Source: the human T2T-CHM13v2.0 reference genome, Homo sapiens
Length of the DNA: 64,000 bases
Strand: one strand, 5' to 3'
Assembly: GCF_009914755.1 (NCBI RefSeq)
Contig: NC_060939.1
Shown here: in pieces, positions 37,846 through 53,049 of the stretch
Layout of the letters: the number at the start of each line of letters is the position of its first letter
How positions within the stretch are numbered: the first letter of the stretch is position 1
Translations under genes and position numbers: made by a program
Notes under the pieces: model-generated
What the model was told of the DNA's origin: nothing
Database searches by the model: none
Seen by the model: the letters and a program-made list of their open reading frames with translations, nothing else

Positions 37846-38427
37846 TCAACAGACAAACCTGGCACAGAGAGAGGCCGGGAGCTCCCATGTGCTAGCATGG
37901 CTGGACCCAACTCCACAGATGCATGTATGCCTGCAGTTGTGGATTTTAAAATCCACATGGGATCCCATCCTTCACCTGAATGTAGGAGGAAGAACACAGC
38001 ACCTTCCTTTGGCTGTTCCTGGAATACCCAGTAGGAGCATGAGGAAAGTCTTAGAATCAATGATACAAACCAGTCATAGATTGCTTTATTCCAGCCAATT
38101 CCCCTATTACAGAGCATGGGAATATTACTTGGACTCTGTTTCTGGAACTCAATAAAGTGGCAAAATCCATTATCTTTATTCAAATACAAAAGAAACCTTG
38201 AGATTTTATGACTCCATAACGACTTTTACGACTCCTGGCATTTGAGTCACTTTGGAAATCAGTCTCATGCTCCAGCCTCCCTGACCTGTGGCAGGCTCTA
38301 CCACATTTCTACAACCAAGCGGCCAGTAAAGATGAAAGCAATTCTTTTGTCTGAGGAGCTGGCCATGGGAGCGTATCAACCACAGACATGACCTCAAGTA
38401 GGAGCGGGGTTGCCAAAGAATTACAAA

Positions 38428-40494
38428 TGTGTGTGTGGTGTGTGTGGTATGCGGGTGTGGTGTGGTATGTGTGTGAGAGGGTATGTGAGTGGTATAGGGT
38501 GTATGTGATATGTGTGTGTGGTATAGTGTGTGTGGCTTGTATGAATAGTATGTGTGTAGAGTGTGGGTGTGTGATTATGTGGGGGACTGAGTGGGTGTGT
38601 GGTGTGTGTGAGACTGATGTGTGTGGTGTGTGTCATGTATGGTGTAGGGTGTGTGTAGTGTACATTAGGTGTGTGAGTGGTGTAGGTGATGTGTGTGTGT
38701 GGTGGAGGATGGGTGTGGTGTGGTGTGTGTGGTGTATGTATGTGAGGTGTGGGCGTGTGGTATGTATGTGTGTGTGGTGTATATGGAGTGCGTGTATGTG
38801 TGGTATGTGGTGTGTGGTGTGTGTGTGCGGTGTATGTGTGTGTGATGTATGTGTGCTGAGTGTGTGGTGTGTATATTGTGCACACATTCACATGTGCATA
38901 ATATGTGACTCACTTATATGTGAGTCAGGAGGACACAGGCATGGTTTTCTTGCCTATATACACCACATACACCATATACCTATATACCTATATACATGTG
39001 GTGTATATAGAAGGGAAGTGTATGTGCTGTGTGTGCTGTGCATACTGTGGGTGGTGTAGTGATATATGCATATGTGGTGTGTGTGGAGTATATTGGGTGT
39101 GTGATGTGTATGGTATATATTGGGTGTGTGTGGCATATGCTGTATGTGGTATGTGTGGTGTGTGTAGTGTATATGGGTATTGTGTGTAGCATACATGGTG
39201 TATGTGATGTATGTGTATGTGGCATGTGTGGTGTATATTGGGTGTGTGACATGTTATGTATGTGTATGTAGTATGTGTGATATGTGGTGTGTATGGTGTA
39301 CAATGGGTGTGTGTGATATGTGTTGTGTATGTAACGTGTGTAGGTAACGTGTGTACATGGTGTTTGTATATGTGGTTTGTATGTGGTGTGTGTAGTGTAT
39401 ATTAGGAGTGTGTGTGTCGTGTGGTGCATGTGATGTGTGTGTGCTGTGTGGGGTATGTGGTGTGTGGTATATGTAACATGTGTGGTGTATGTGATATGTG
39501 TGGTGTATATTGGGTGTGTGTGGCATGTGTGGTATACGTAATGTGTGTGTATGATGTGGCGTACATTGGGTGTGTGTGTGATGTGTGGTGTACGTAACAT
39601 GTGTGGTGTATGCAATGTGTGGTATATGTGTAGTGTATGTAATGTGTGTATGTGTATATGTGGTGTGTGTGGTGCATATTGGGGTATGCGTGGCATGCAG
39701 TACGTGTTACATGTCTGATGTATGAGGTGTGTGTGGTACGTGTGTTATATGCAACATGTGTGGTGTAGGCAATGTGTGATTATGTGTGTGGCATGTGTGG
39801 TGTATGCAACGTGTGTGGTGTATGCAATGTGTGTGTATGTGATGTGTGTGGTATATATTTGGTGTGTGTGTGGTGTGTGGTGTATGTAATGTGTGGTGTA
39901 TATGATGTGTGTGTATGTGGTGTGTGTGGTATACATTGGATGTGTCTGGTGTGTGGTGTATGTAATGTGTAGCGTATGCAATGTGTGTGTATGTGGTGGG
40001 TTTGGTGTACATTGGGTGTATGTGTGGTGTTTGTGGTGTGTGTGGTGTGTGGTGCATGCAACGTGTGGTGTATGCAATGTCTGTGTATGTGGTGTGTGTG
40101 GTATATATAGGATGTGTGCATAGCATGTGTGGTGTATGTTACATGTGTGGTGTATGTGATGTGTGTGTATGTGGTGTGCATGGTGTACATTGGGTATGTG
40201 TGTGGTGTGTGGTGTATGTAACATGTGTGGTGTATGTGATGTGTGTGTATGGTATGTGGTATATATTGGGTGTGTGTGTGGTGTGTGGTGTATGTAACGT
40301 GTGGTGTATGCAATGTGTGTTTATATAGTGTGTGTGGTGTACATTGGGTGTGCATGTGGTGTGTGGTGTATGTAACATGTGTGATGTATGTGATGCATGT
40401 GTATGTGGTGTGTGGTATATATTGGGTGTGTGTGGTGTATGTAACGTGTGGTGTATGCGATGTGTGTGTATGTGACGGGTGTGTGGTGTATGTG
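38428..40494. repeat. ~2-kb TG/TGG-rich degenerate tandem array
   Basis: Directly visible; source of the many His/Thr and Cys/Val ORFs in the track. Confidence 0.97.
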
Positions 40495-41104
40495 AGTGGC
40501 TGCTCACACTCAGAAGCTATCTGCTGTCCCCTTCCTAAGGAGGGCAGTACACCAATTGCCCAGGGCAACTTTCTGGGTGCCCCCGCATCCTGCACTTTCC
40601 CTCAGCTGGGAAGCAAATGGCAGGAAGGGGAGGGGAGGTGGAAAGAACCTGGGAGACAAAGGGCCTCTGTTGCCCTTCCTCACTCAGGCACAGTCTGGGG
40701 AAGACTTTGGCCACAGCCCACACTACAAGGCTGTTTACCAAGCCTGCTGGAGCCTCTGAAGGGCAGCAGCCAGCTCACCCCCCATGCCCTGGATGGCAAC
40801 AAGGCACAGGAGATCGCAGAGCATACAAACAGGGCAAGAGGAAACCATCTATCAATGACCAGGGACCAGAGGAAGCAAAGTTCTAACATCTCGCTCACGC
40901 TCTCCCAAGGCCCAGAGGTGAGTCTCCCTTTGCTGTGCTCAGCACTGGATCTGGGTTCCAGGGGAAGTTATGGATCATCTCAAGCCTCAACTCCATACTC
41001 TGATGACTTCCCCTCATGATAAGGTCAAGGGCTGTGCAAACGAAAGGGACAGACTTGTTGACAAGGATCTGATCAGAATGTATTACCATGGGAATCAAAA
41101 CCAG

Positions 41105-41640
41105 GTCAGTTCAACAAACACTCTGTGAGTCTCTACTAAGCATCAGGCACTGGGTCAGGTGCTAGGTACTCAGGAACAAATAAGACAAGGTCGCTGCCCA
41201 AGAAAATTTCACAAGAAGATGGGTGCATAATCTCGAGATTAGTGTTAATGTGGAATAATGCCCAGGGTGCCTGGGGATTAACCCAGGAGTTTAAGAAAAG
41301 CTTCCTGGAGAGTATCATGTCTGAATTCATACCTGAAAGATGAGTAAGACCTGGCCTGATGATGACAGGTAAAGAGGAGAATCCCAGGAGGAGGCAGGAT
41401 TGTAAATAAAGGCGTGGAAACCTAGAGCCCTAGAGCGTATGGGGAACTGCCAGCAACTTGATCTTATAGGAGCACAGTACGTGAGGTGGACAGATAAAGA
41501 GGCTGTGGAGTCAATAGATGGATCAGAGCATGGGGAGGAGTGTGCAGAGTTGCAATTTAGGGTATTGGTGAGACTGAATTGTGGCAGTTAAGAAGACCAA
41601 CTGGAAGGCATAGGAGCTTTCTGGGTGACAAAGGTAGCAA
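41105..41640 (-). mobile_element. L2 fragment
   Basis: TTCAACAAACACT...CAGGCACTGGGTCAGGTGCTAGG...AAGCTTCCTGGAG...CTGAAAGATGAGTAAGA. Confidence 0.7.
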
Positions 41641-42818
41641 ACGTGCTCAGGTTCACCTGGATACAATGGAGCATTAGACTGCAAGAATTGATGCCTCAGT
41701 TTGGATGTTCCTGGAACAAGGGATCAAGTGCACAATTATCCCCACTGCCTTGGGGAAGAAACTCCGTGAGAGGCATGATGCATGACATCCTCTAAGCTAT
41801 AATTGTACAGACTCCAGACACCTCAATTACTCACCCACAAAGACTGGTTCAACTACTGTGTGGGAGAGAACTGCCTGATCACAGGGTCTATTGCAAATTA
41901 GCCAACAGAGGCATCGTTCCCATTTAGAACAGGCAGAGAGGAAGGCTCACTTTAAGCCAAGGGGAAAGGCTGACATAGAGAGGGGATTAATGGTATCTCA
42001 TAAACATAACAATATCTCCATGATGTGAGAAGGAGTCAAAGAACTCCTCAGTAAGGCGATTCCCCGTTGCCTAAAGCATCCCTCTGGAAAGCCTCAAATA
42101 TTAATAGAATATTTCTCCTCTCTTTCTCTGTGAGTCCACTCTCCTCTCCATTTGAGATGCCTGAGTATTGGCCCTGATGCCTGAAGAGTGATACATACCA
42201 CTAGCTGATGCAGGGACATTACTCTGAGCCCTTCTTTTCACCTGCTTTTTCTTTATGTTTCTGGAATGATTCTGGAATCCCCTGTAGCTTCTCTCTTAAT
42301 CCCCCAGGAAATACTGACCTTATCTCTCAGTCTCTATTTTTACTATTTAGTCAAAAAGAGGCCAGCTTTTCTTCTTTTTTTTTTCTTTTTCCAAATTTAT
42401 TCCAGTGGAAAATGAACATGTAACAAGGGATAAGTGTTTATAGTCATGTAAACCAAGTCCATAGGACACAAGAAAAACGCCAGTGTTTGGTCATGTTGCT
42501 AAAGAAATAATGACACCAATACAAAGAGGTGTCTAAAACACCCGTCTTTCATCCAGGTAAAACAACAACCCCAATCATCGATTGTCTACCTGAACAAAAA
42601 AGTTACTGATTCATTAGTATAGTTCAGTCAGTTTGTGCGATACATACACGGCCTAACCCTCTCTACTGGCCTTTGTCTTGTGATTCCTTAATGACATTCA
42701 ACAGAAGACCAAGTGGCTTTGACTACGCGAGACTCTGAGCACCTTCAGAGAGGGAGACAGTCCCAGAGATTAAGGCCATGACAGAGTCAATGGGTGTGGG
42801 GGAAGCCAAATTAGTCAC

Positions 42819-43174
42819 TGATAGTTTTGCTGTGTCCCCACCCAAATCTCAAATTGTAGCTCCCATAATTCCACTGTGTTGTGGGAGTGACCAGGTGGGA
42901 GGTAATCGAATCATGGGGGCAGGTCTTTCCTGTGCTGTTCTCCTGAGTGAATAAGTCTCAGGAGATCTGATGGTTTTATAAAGGGGAGTTCCCCCGCACG
43001 TGCACTTCTTGCCTGCTGCCATGTAAGATATGCCTTTGCTTCTCCTTTGCCTTCTGCCATGATTGTGAGGCCTCCCCAGCAATGTGAAACTGTGAGTCCA
43101 TTAAACCTCTTGCCTTTATAAATTACCCAGTCTCTGGTATGTCTTTATTAGCAGCATGAGAACAGACTAATATA
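42819..43174 (+). mobile_element. THE1B solo LTR
   Basis: TGATAG...GGTTTTATAAAGGGGAGTTCCCC...CAGACTAATATA. Confidence 0.92.
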
Positions 43175-43499
43175 GGCATCAAGAATGCCAACACTTAGAA
43201 TCCTTCAGGGAGCCTCATGTCATCATGGCAAAGTTGCCATTTTCTGCTTGCCAGCCCCATCCCTACTCAAGCTTCACTGTCCGTCATTTGAGTGACAATA
43301 TTAGAGCCTTGTAAGGAAGTGCCAGGCATTTTCTAGTCACGGAATCTTGAATTCAGGGCCTTGCAGTTTTAAAAATCAGTGTAGAGTTTGAAAAGTCAAT
43401 CACATTACTTTTCTGGGGGACAACCAATATCTTCTTGTGGCTGTGTCAAGTGTGAAAGAAGCTGAGCATACGTGGCACCGTGAGATACCACAACCGTGA

Positions 43500-43930
43500 G
43501 AATAATTGCACCTGTGTTCTGGGCTCCTGCACTTGTCAAACACCACCCAGAGGTTTATATTTATTAGCTTGTTTGACCCTCATCACAGCCCGGCAACAAT
43601 TATACTATTATATTCTGCACTTTATAGACCGGGAAACCGAGTTACAGAAAAGTTGAGAAACATGCTAAGCCTACACCTTAGTCAGTGCTGGAGCAGGGAT
43701 TCAAAACCCTACAGTCATGCTCTCAACCAGCCCTGGTTTATCTGCTGCCTCTGCCATTCTCCAGGTGTCACCTTGAGAAATGTTCATCGTTTCAAGCCTC
43801 TATTTCCTCATTGACATCACCAGATAATTAAATTTCCCTCATTGATCAATTGTTAGAATTGGAGGGGATTATACATGCTTGGGCACAGGGGGCACCCCCC
43901 ATATTGACCACTCAATACGTTGCCTGTTTC
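43500..43930. mobile_element. Two MIR fragments in opposite orientations (~43500-43730 minus, ~43760-43930 plus)
   Basis: CACTTTATAGACCGGGAAACCGAGTTACAG, then GTGTCACCTTGAGAAA...AAGCCTCTATTTCCTCAT. Confidence 0.55.
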
Positions 43931-45923
43931 TATCACTGTCTGCAGCTGGCCTTTCCAGAGCACCCAGGCACATCATGGTTAAGGTGAATCACAGTGATGA
44001 ACCGTCCTGACTCCACGCAGCTGGGTCACAGTGCCTGCTGTCAGTGGGGTTTGGTCCTGTGACTTCCAATCCCAGCATGAGTATGAAACCACTAGGCTCT
44101 TCCTCTCTACTGGCCCAGCTTAGGGGTCACACCAGCCTCTAGCGATGTCTTAGTGTCAATGGGGGATGCTGCCTGTCCTTTTAAGGGGCTTCTTTAAAAA
44201 ACCTGAAAAAATTTGGGAGTTATGTTCCAAAGCCTATAATTTTAAGTTAGATGGTCTCAAAACTCAATTTCTGAATTTAATAAATTCTTTCCTTCAGTTC
44301 CAGCTGCTCTGAAATGACTCCCATGTCTCCTGATACAATTTCTGGCTCACTAGATAGCCTGAATATTTTAAGTACATCTATACCTCTAATACTCCCCAGA
44401 TTTACTGAGAATCCATCCAGTCATTTGTGTATGATGATAAAATATTTATTTATATGAATAAGTTATTTATATAAATATGTAAGGTAAGTACCTTACAATT
44501 TTTCTCAGTGGGCTTAGTAGAGATGAACAGAGAGAGTTGGTGACAGAGCCTTGTATAAATTCTGTAACGAAGTTTGTAAAGACCCGACATTGGTTCTTCC
44601 AAAAACAATTATTTAAAAATAACATGTTCTTCCCATAGGCATCTTTTCCTTCCCATTTTATGTCACTGTAATTATTTATACTCCACAGCACTCCTCTTCT
44701 TGGTGGATACCAATGCACTTTGAGAAGAAGCAGGAATGCATGTATTTCTAAACAATGAACTTTGGAGAAATTAACAGGCAAAGGATCAAGTACTACTAAT
44801 ATAAAAATGAAAAGGTAAATTAAACCCAAAGAGAAATAGCTGCTTGGCTGGTCTGCCTAAAAGGGAGTCAATCTCACTTTAAATCAGATCACTCATTTTT
44901 TCTTCAATATTTCAAAATGTAAAAATTTAAGATACAAATTCAAAGAAGTAAAACAATCTAATTTTCAGCATCCCACTTATATCTTAGCCTATTTTAAACT
45001 TACTTCTAACTCTTTATAATTTTTTTAAAAATTATGCTTTCTTAAAAAATACACATAGCTAAAAGAATTCAGACAATTATGGAAAAATATGTACACAGAT
45101 AAAAGTGAAAAAAATATTCCTTCTCTTTGACTTGGCCACCATGAATCTTTAGGAGGTCACTAAGCATGTCAGCAAAGAGCAGGAGACAGGCAGGAGCCAG
45201 CCTGACTGCCTCTGGGTCTCTCCTGGTCCACTCACACGTGTCCAGGCAGGACACAAATGGTGTCTCAGTTTCCTTATCTGTAAATGAAGATGATGATGAT
45301 AGTACTTACACCACAGGGGTTACTGTCATGAGCTAACCCACATAAAACACCTAGCATATACATGACATAAATGTTAAATATTATTACTACTATTATTACT
45401 ATTATTATGACTATCGTTATCTTTCTATGCATATACAGAGCTAAAAGGATAGAGAGCTAGTCAGGAAAACTGTTATAAATATTAGAACATTCCATAGATT
45501 GTATTTTTATAAAAATTATTGTATTTAATTTTAGCTGAATTTGAATTGAAGTTGAAAATGAAAAGACTAACTAAAGAGACACTTCACTTTGAAATAAATG
45601 TCTCTTTACCACACAAGTGTTATTTCCAAAAAGATCTTTCTAAAGTAAAAAATGAAGATTAAGGAAAACAAAGGAACAGTCAGATCCATTTTAAACAAAT
45701 CTTTATGCTTCAGTTTTAGACGTGGGCTCTTGGCAATTCTGCCAAGACCCAATTGTTTGTTATTTTAGAACATTTTTAAATGATTTGCAGGCACATCATG
45801 TCTGCAAGATGATCTGGACCCATAATTCTTATCATTATTAATAACAAGTTTTATACTTAAATAGATTCAATCCTCACTACAAAGCCATTTAACACATTTT
45901 CTCCTGCTCAGTTTACTTTTTAA

Positions 45924-46309
<386 letters not shown>

Positions 46310-46899
46310 TTGTTTGTTTTTTAATTTCCAAAATGGTTCAAAGATGTTCACTTGAGTTATTTCATGTTTGACAATATTTCCTTATTACCTTTAGATTTTG
46401 AAGGCACCTTGGCTATGAATAACCAAGTGACTCTTTTAGTGAGTCTTTTTGCCTTAAGACTTCATGTTTTTTTGGTACAGGCAATCAGTATAGAAAAGTC
46501 TGAGGCCAGCTGAATTTTATTCTTTGTAGTAGCAATTTTACTTTTCTGCCTGGATTCATGGGAAAAAGAGTATTTATAAAACACAATAGCTTAAGTAGTA
46601 AGTGTCTAAGTATTAAGAATTCTGGAACAATTTTTTTAAAATATGGTATGGTTATTTGTTCTTTCAGAAAATTTTAAATATCAAATATATTTTTCCATTT
46701 GTAGGGTTTTTTGTTTTTTTTCCAGAGACATCACTTTACCTTATGTTGAATGGTGCACAAACATATTAGTTTCTCTCCTATTTTAATATTTTTGCCTTTA
46801 TCACTTACAATACTCAGTGATTATATTAGGACTTTTCTTCACATCACTAATTTGATTTTTTAGACTTTTCCCTGTTCTTGGTGTTTCTAATTTTTTTAC

Positions 46900-47530
46900 A
46901 TTATTTTTCATTTTCTTATTAAGGCATTATTTACATGCCATAAATTCACCCTTTTAATGCAGAGTTCTTCACGTTGATAAACAGTCATGTAACCACGACC
47001 ACGATCAACATGCAGAACAATCATTCATCTTCAAAATATTTGCTCACACCCTTTTGTGGGCCCTGGAAACTACCAATCTGTTTTCTGTCTGTATCGTTTT
47101 GCCTTTTCCAAAATATTATATAAATGCAATCATATATAATGTAGACTTTGGCTTCTTTCATTTAGTGTAATACATTTGATATCCATTCATGTTGTTGCTG
47201 GCACCAGTAGCTTGTTCTTTTTATTGCTCTATACTATTACATTTTATGGATGTACCACAGTGTGTTTATCCATTCCCCTCTTGAGGGACATTTGAGTTAT
47301 TTCCAGTTTGGGTTGATTGCAAATAAAGCTTCTATAAACATTTGGCTTTAAGTTTTTGTGTGAACACAGTTTTCATTTCACTTTGTAAATCTTTTGCCTA
47401 TTTTACAATTGGATTTCTTGTTTTCTTATTCAATTTTGAGTATTCTTTACATATTCTGAATGTAAGTTCTTTACTGCAGAAATGATTTGCAAGTATTTTC
47501 TCCCAGTCTGCAGTTATCTTTTTATATTTT
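46900..47530 (-). mobile_element. L1M (L1MB/MC-like) 3' fragment
   Basis: TTTACATGCCATAAATTCACCCTTTT...ATGGATGTACCACAGTGTGTTTATCCATTC...TTTTCTCCCAGTCTG. Confidence 0.8.
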
Positions 47531-49346
47531 TAACCAAATTTATGTTTCAGTTCAGTAACAACTGGGTTTTTGCTTATGTCCTACGATCTGAAAGTTCTCT
47601 TCTATTTAACTGCCTTTGACCATTTTATCTTGAGCTAACCCGAATTTTCATTCTTACTAAATTGCTCTGTAACATAAAACGATTGCTAATAATTTCCTTT
47701 CATCTCGTATTTTCTTCTAGCTTGGCTTCCTCTTTTTTTTCACACCATGATCCTCTGGGCCCCCACCCCCACATACATGGTACTTTTGCACCTGAAAGAG
47801 GTCGACTTGGTCATCATATTGCATTTTCCATCTGGCTTATGTTTGCCCAACTCTGATTAGGCACATGTTTGCTCTGATAAAGTCTGGGTCACTGTTTTCT
47901 CACTGATCCGTGATTTTCAGATGAGTGAATATATCATAGTCCACTCATTTTCTCTACCCCAAGAACATGTTAGAGGTTCAGGGAATGCTAAACGAATGCT
48001 GCTTTTTAATTTTCCTTTCTTGTTTTAAAAAGAATGCCTGCATTCAGCTCTCCCTCCAAGCATTTGTTAAATATTCTTTACCAGGACTCATTTCATCTGG
48101 TTGGTGTGGGAGTAGGGGGTGGTCCCACTCCCATTGGGAATACCCCCAATTCCCTGTGTAGTTGCCATGTCCTCTCTTTGGATAAAGAAAGTGACTGCTC
48201 TGTTGATCACATGTCTAGTTTCATACCTGTCTCTCCAACAGCCATCTCCACTTATCTCTTAGATAAAGAAAATGTAAAGAGCTCCTTTTCTTTGGAGATG
48301 GGGGTACACAGTGAGAATTTTAAGGGCTCTGACCACTTAGCGTGGCTTCTGAGGGTGGAGAGGGGTTATTAGGAACCATCCCCACTGAGGTCTCTCTGTC
48401 CTCTCCAAGACCTTCTGTTTTTTCCTTGGCCACCAGGCTTTGGACTTTGTGGCTCCAGGCTAAGCTTTTCTTCATTTGGTTACTGTTGGTCCAAAACTTC
48501 ACAATAATTTTTTATTACTCTTTTGTGCCTTTTATTAGACTTAGGAAAGGAAAATAGCAATTCACTCCTTACTTCTGACATTAATAAATTCAAGCCAATG
48601 CTTAAAATATTAAAATACTTCTGCACCTACCGGAAATAGTCACTGTGCTAACCCCACTCATGCAACCCCCCAAATCCTTCTCCATAGCCCTGGCTGCCCT
48701 GGCTTTTGCCCCCTAGAAATTCTCTACCTCATCTCCTGTTGATCCAGTTCCCAAAAGACTGATGCCTGGACCATCAGAGGACTTCTAGGGCCCTGTACCA
48801 GTACTGCTGGTCACTGCTGAGTGTGCCTGCATTGGTTGGTACCCAAGTGAGACAGGCTGCTAAACATTTTCAGTGTCACCCCTACCTGTGATTACCTCTC
48901 TCATGACACTATTTTACCCAATTCTGTCATCTCACAGTCTGGAATATGAGTTCCTTGAGGGTAACACTTCAAGTAAAAAACATTTATTTAACGTCTTTTA
49001 CATGCCATGTTCATTTTCCATTTAACCTTTCCCAAGATATAGCAAAGTTGGTATCCTAACCCCATTTTACAGATGAAGAGCCTGAGGGCCAGTGAGTTTT
49101 GGCAGCCTGTGCAAAGTTACTTTGCTAATAAGGGCCTAAAACAAGATTTAGTTTCAGCCATGTTCCATCAATTGCCTAGGAAAGATATTTCCAGTGGAAT
49201 GTTTTTATAAATAGTACTGTGGAATAGGAGCGACCTCCATGTGATAAACGGGGTGACATTAATTTCTTATAACATGCATGCACCTGAGGTTTTTTTTGAG
49301 GACTTAAAAAAAATCTTTATATCTGTTAGAACATAGCAGACTGCTT

Positions 49347-49622
<276 letters not shown>

Positions 49623-50119
49623 GATTGTAAAATTAAGGCAAGCAAGGATGAATGGATGGATTAACTGATTAGTTGATTAATTACTGTTTCACAAGGCACA
49701 TTATTGGGAATATGCAAAGGCAGTGTAGTTGAATGAGAGGCAGTATGTACAGCATTTTAGAGCGCAGACTATGGACTTTCACGTAGTATGAATAAAATAG
49801 AATTTACTTGATAATTCTCTATTAATAGACACTTAAGTTGTTTCCATTTTATATTATTCAATTAATAATGATGAATATCTTGTATATATTTTGGGAAGCA
49901 TGTGTGGATGTTCACATTAGGTTAGATTTCTAGAAATAGAATCATTTGCTCAAAGGCATATGCAAGTTGAACACACTTTGATACTTTTCAATTTCCTTCC
50001 AAAGTGGCTCCTACCGTTTTATACTGCTGCAAACAATTTGTAGAAGAGCCATTTACCCACACCTTTACCAATGATGAGTACATTTTATCTGTACAACTTT
50101 TGTTAAAAATATCAGTGCT

Positions 50120-50840
50120 TCTTATACCAGTCAGAATGACAAGTAATAAAAAGTTAAAAAATAACAGACGCTGGCAAGGTTACAGAGAAAAGGGAACACT
50201 TGTACACTGTTGGTGGTAGTATAATAAATTAGTTCAACCATCGTGGAAGGCAATATGACGATTCCTCAAAGAGTTAAAGCAGAACTGCTATTCAACCCAG
50301 CAATCCCACAACTAGGTATGTACCCAGAGGAATATAAATCATTCTACCATAAAGACGCATGCACGCAAATGTTCACTGCAGCACTATTCACAACAGCAAA
50401 GACATGGAATCAACCTAAATGCCCATCAACAACAGACAGAATTAAGAAAATGTGGTACATATGCATCATAGAATACCACTCAGCCATAAAAAACAAGATC
50501 ATGTCTTTGCTTGAACATGGATGGAGCTGGAGGTTATTATCCTTAGCAAACTAACGTAAGAACAGAAAGTAAAATACTGCATAGTATCACGTATAAGTGA
50601 GAGCTAAATTATGAGAACTCATGAACATGAAGAAGGGAACAACAGACGCTGGGACCTACTTGAGGGTGGAGGGTGGGAAGAGAGAGAGGAGCAGAAAAAA
50701 AAATAACTGTTGGGTGGGTACTAGGCTTAATACCAGGGAGATGAAATAATATGTACAACAAACTCCCATGACATGAGTCTACCTATATAACAAAATGAAC
50801 TTTTATTTTATTACCTATATAACAAAATAAAACTTAAAAT
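50120..50840 (+). mobile_element. L1PA13-16-like 3' end (ORF2 C-terminus and 3'UTR) nested in an older antisense L1ME
   Basis: ORF 50243..50554 (PAIPQLGMYP...MFTAALFTTAKTWNQPKCPS...KKMWYI) is the L1 ORF2 C-terminus. Antisense L1M flanks it at ~49800-50100 and ~51020-51540. Confidence 0.92.
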
Positions 50841-50844
50841 ATAC

Positions 50845-51020
50845 CTATGTACAATATATGTATATAATATATAATATATATGTTATATAATATATACTAT
50901 CTATATATGTATATTATATTCTATATAGCTAATATATTTCTACATAGCTAAATATATATAATATACATATGTTATATATTATATCTATTACATATGAATA
51001 TTATATATACACATATATTC
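50845..51020. repeat. AT-rich (TA)n-like low-complexity tract
   Basis: Directly visible. Confidence 0.85.
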
Positions 51021-51601
51021 ATGCCTTATAGCATTCATTTACATTTTCTGGTTTACCAGTGAGGCTAAGCAAAATTACCACTATTAATAGTTGTCCTTTT
51101 TTGCTGTGAATTGCCTATTTATACCTTTTGTTCATTTTTAATTCAGTTATCATTTTATTAATTTATATTATGGATGTTAATCAGCTGCAACCAATTCGTT
51201 GGCCCAATGATGCCCCTGATTATTACTGTTATTTTACTTTGTTAAAAAAAAAAAGTAAACATTTTTAATCTAATGATTGTTTCAGGGTGCAGAAGTTTTT
51301 GGTATTTTTTTTTGTAGCCAGTTGATCAGTTTTTTCCCTTGTGGCTTCTGAGAAAAATAGTGATTATAAAAGTATTCTTCTAAATTTTCTCCTAATAGTT
51401 TTATAGTTTTGGCTTTCATATTTAGATCTTAAATCCATCAACATCTTTCTTTGTGAGTGTGTATGTAATGAGAGCAAGAGGAAAAAGAGGAAACAGATGT
51501 GTACTAATGTCTAACTTTATTTTCTAACTTGTTTCAACACTGTATACAGGTACTTTTGCTTAGAAAAAAAATCAAGAATCCATGGAAAACTAACTAGAAC
51601 C

Positions 51602-51908
<307 letters not shown>

Positions 51909-52029
51909 CTAACTAGAACTATCTAAATAAGATGGTTTTTTAATGTATCTAAATATAAAAGGCTTTCATTAAGCAGTCATAAGCAATCTGTAATTAATGA
52001 GAGTGTTATCTCTGTCCAGTATCTAATTA

Positions 52030-52085
52030 TTTTGTTTTGTTTTGTTTTTTGAGGCAGAGTTTCGCTCTTTTTGCCTAGGCTGGAG
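52030..52085 (-). mobile_element. Tiny Alu 3' stub
   Basis: (TTTTG)n followed by GAGGCAGAGTTTCGCTCTTTTTGCCTAGGCTGGAG, flanked by CTAATT(A/G)TT. Confidence 0.75.
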
Positions 52086-52243
52086 CTAATTGTTATCTTT
52101 GTAAATCTTGACTTACTGCCTTGACCAGGGCTCAGTACAATGTTAAACAACAGCACTGGTAGTATACCTTTGATTTATTCCCCTTGGATGAGAAGGCTTC
52201 TGTTATCTCATCAGTACATATATTATTTGTTGTAGCTCACTGA

Positions 52244-52726
<483 letters not shown>

Positions 52727-53049
52727 CTACTCTCCCAGGGCCTCCTGAATTCTGGGATAGGAATTAATGAGAGGTTCTGTGGGAGGGCTTTTCTCCCACC
52801 TGTAGGGCTCGTGTGTCCGCAGCTTTGCTGTTTTGTGTTCCATCTTCCCTTTATGTCTTCTAGCTTCAGAGATTCCTCACTGTCCTCATCTGCAGGGAAC
52901 ATACCTCACAGCTTTTGGCATGGCATGACTGTGTGTTTATTTTTACTCCTACATTGCTTCTGTGACAAATGGTGGAATATGATTTAACAGTTTTATGTAT
53001 TTTAAAAATGTAACAAAGTATTCTAGATCTCTCTCTTCTCACAATGTCT

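Noticed and set aside
39030-40494. CRISPR-like repeat-spacer array
   Set aside because: Mammalian context, and the sequence between anchors is itself repetitive rather than unique spacers.
38388-41019. Long ORFs of up to 271 aa, rich in His/Thr/Pro or Cys/Val
   Set aside because: Artefacts of the stop-poor TG/CA array. They occur in many frames on both strands with no gene context.
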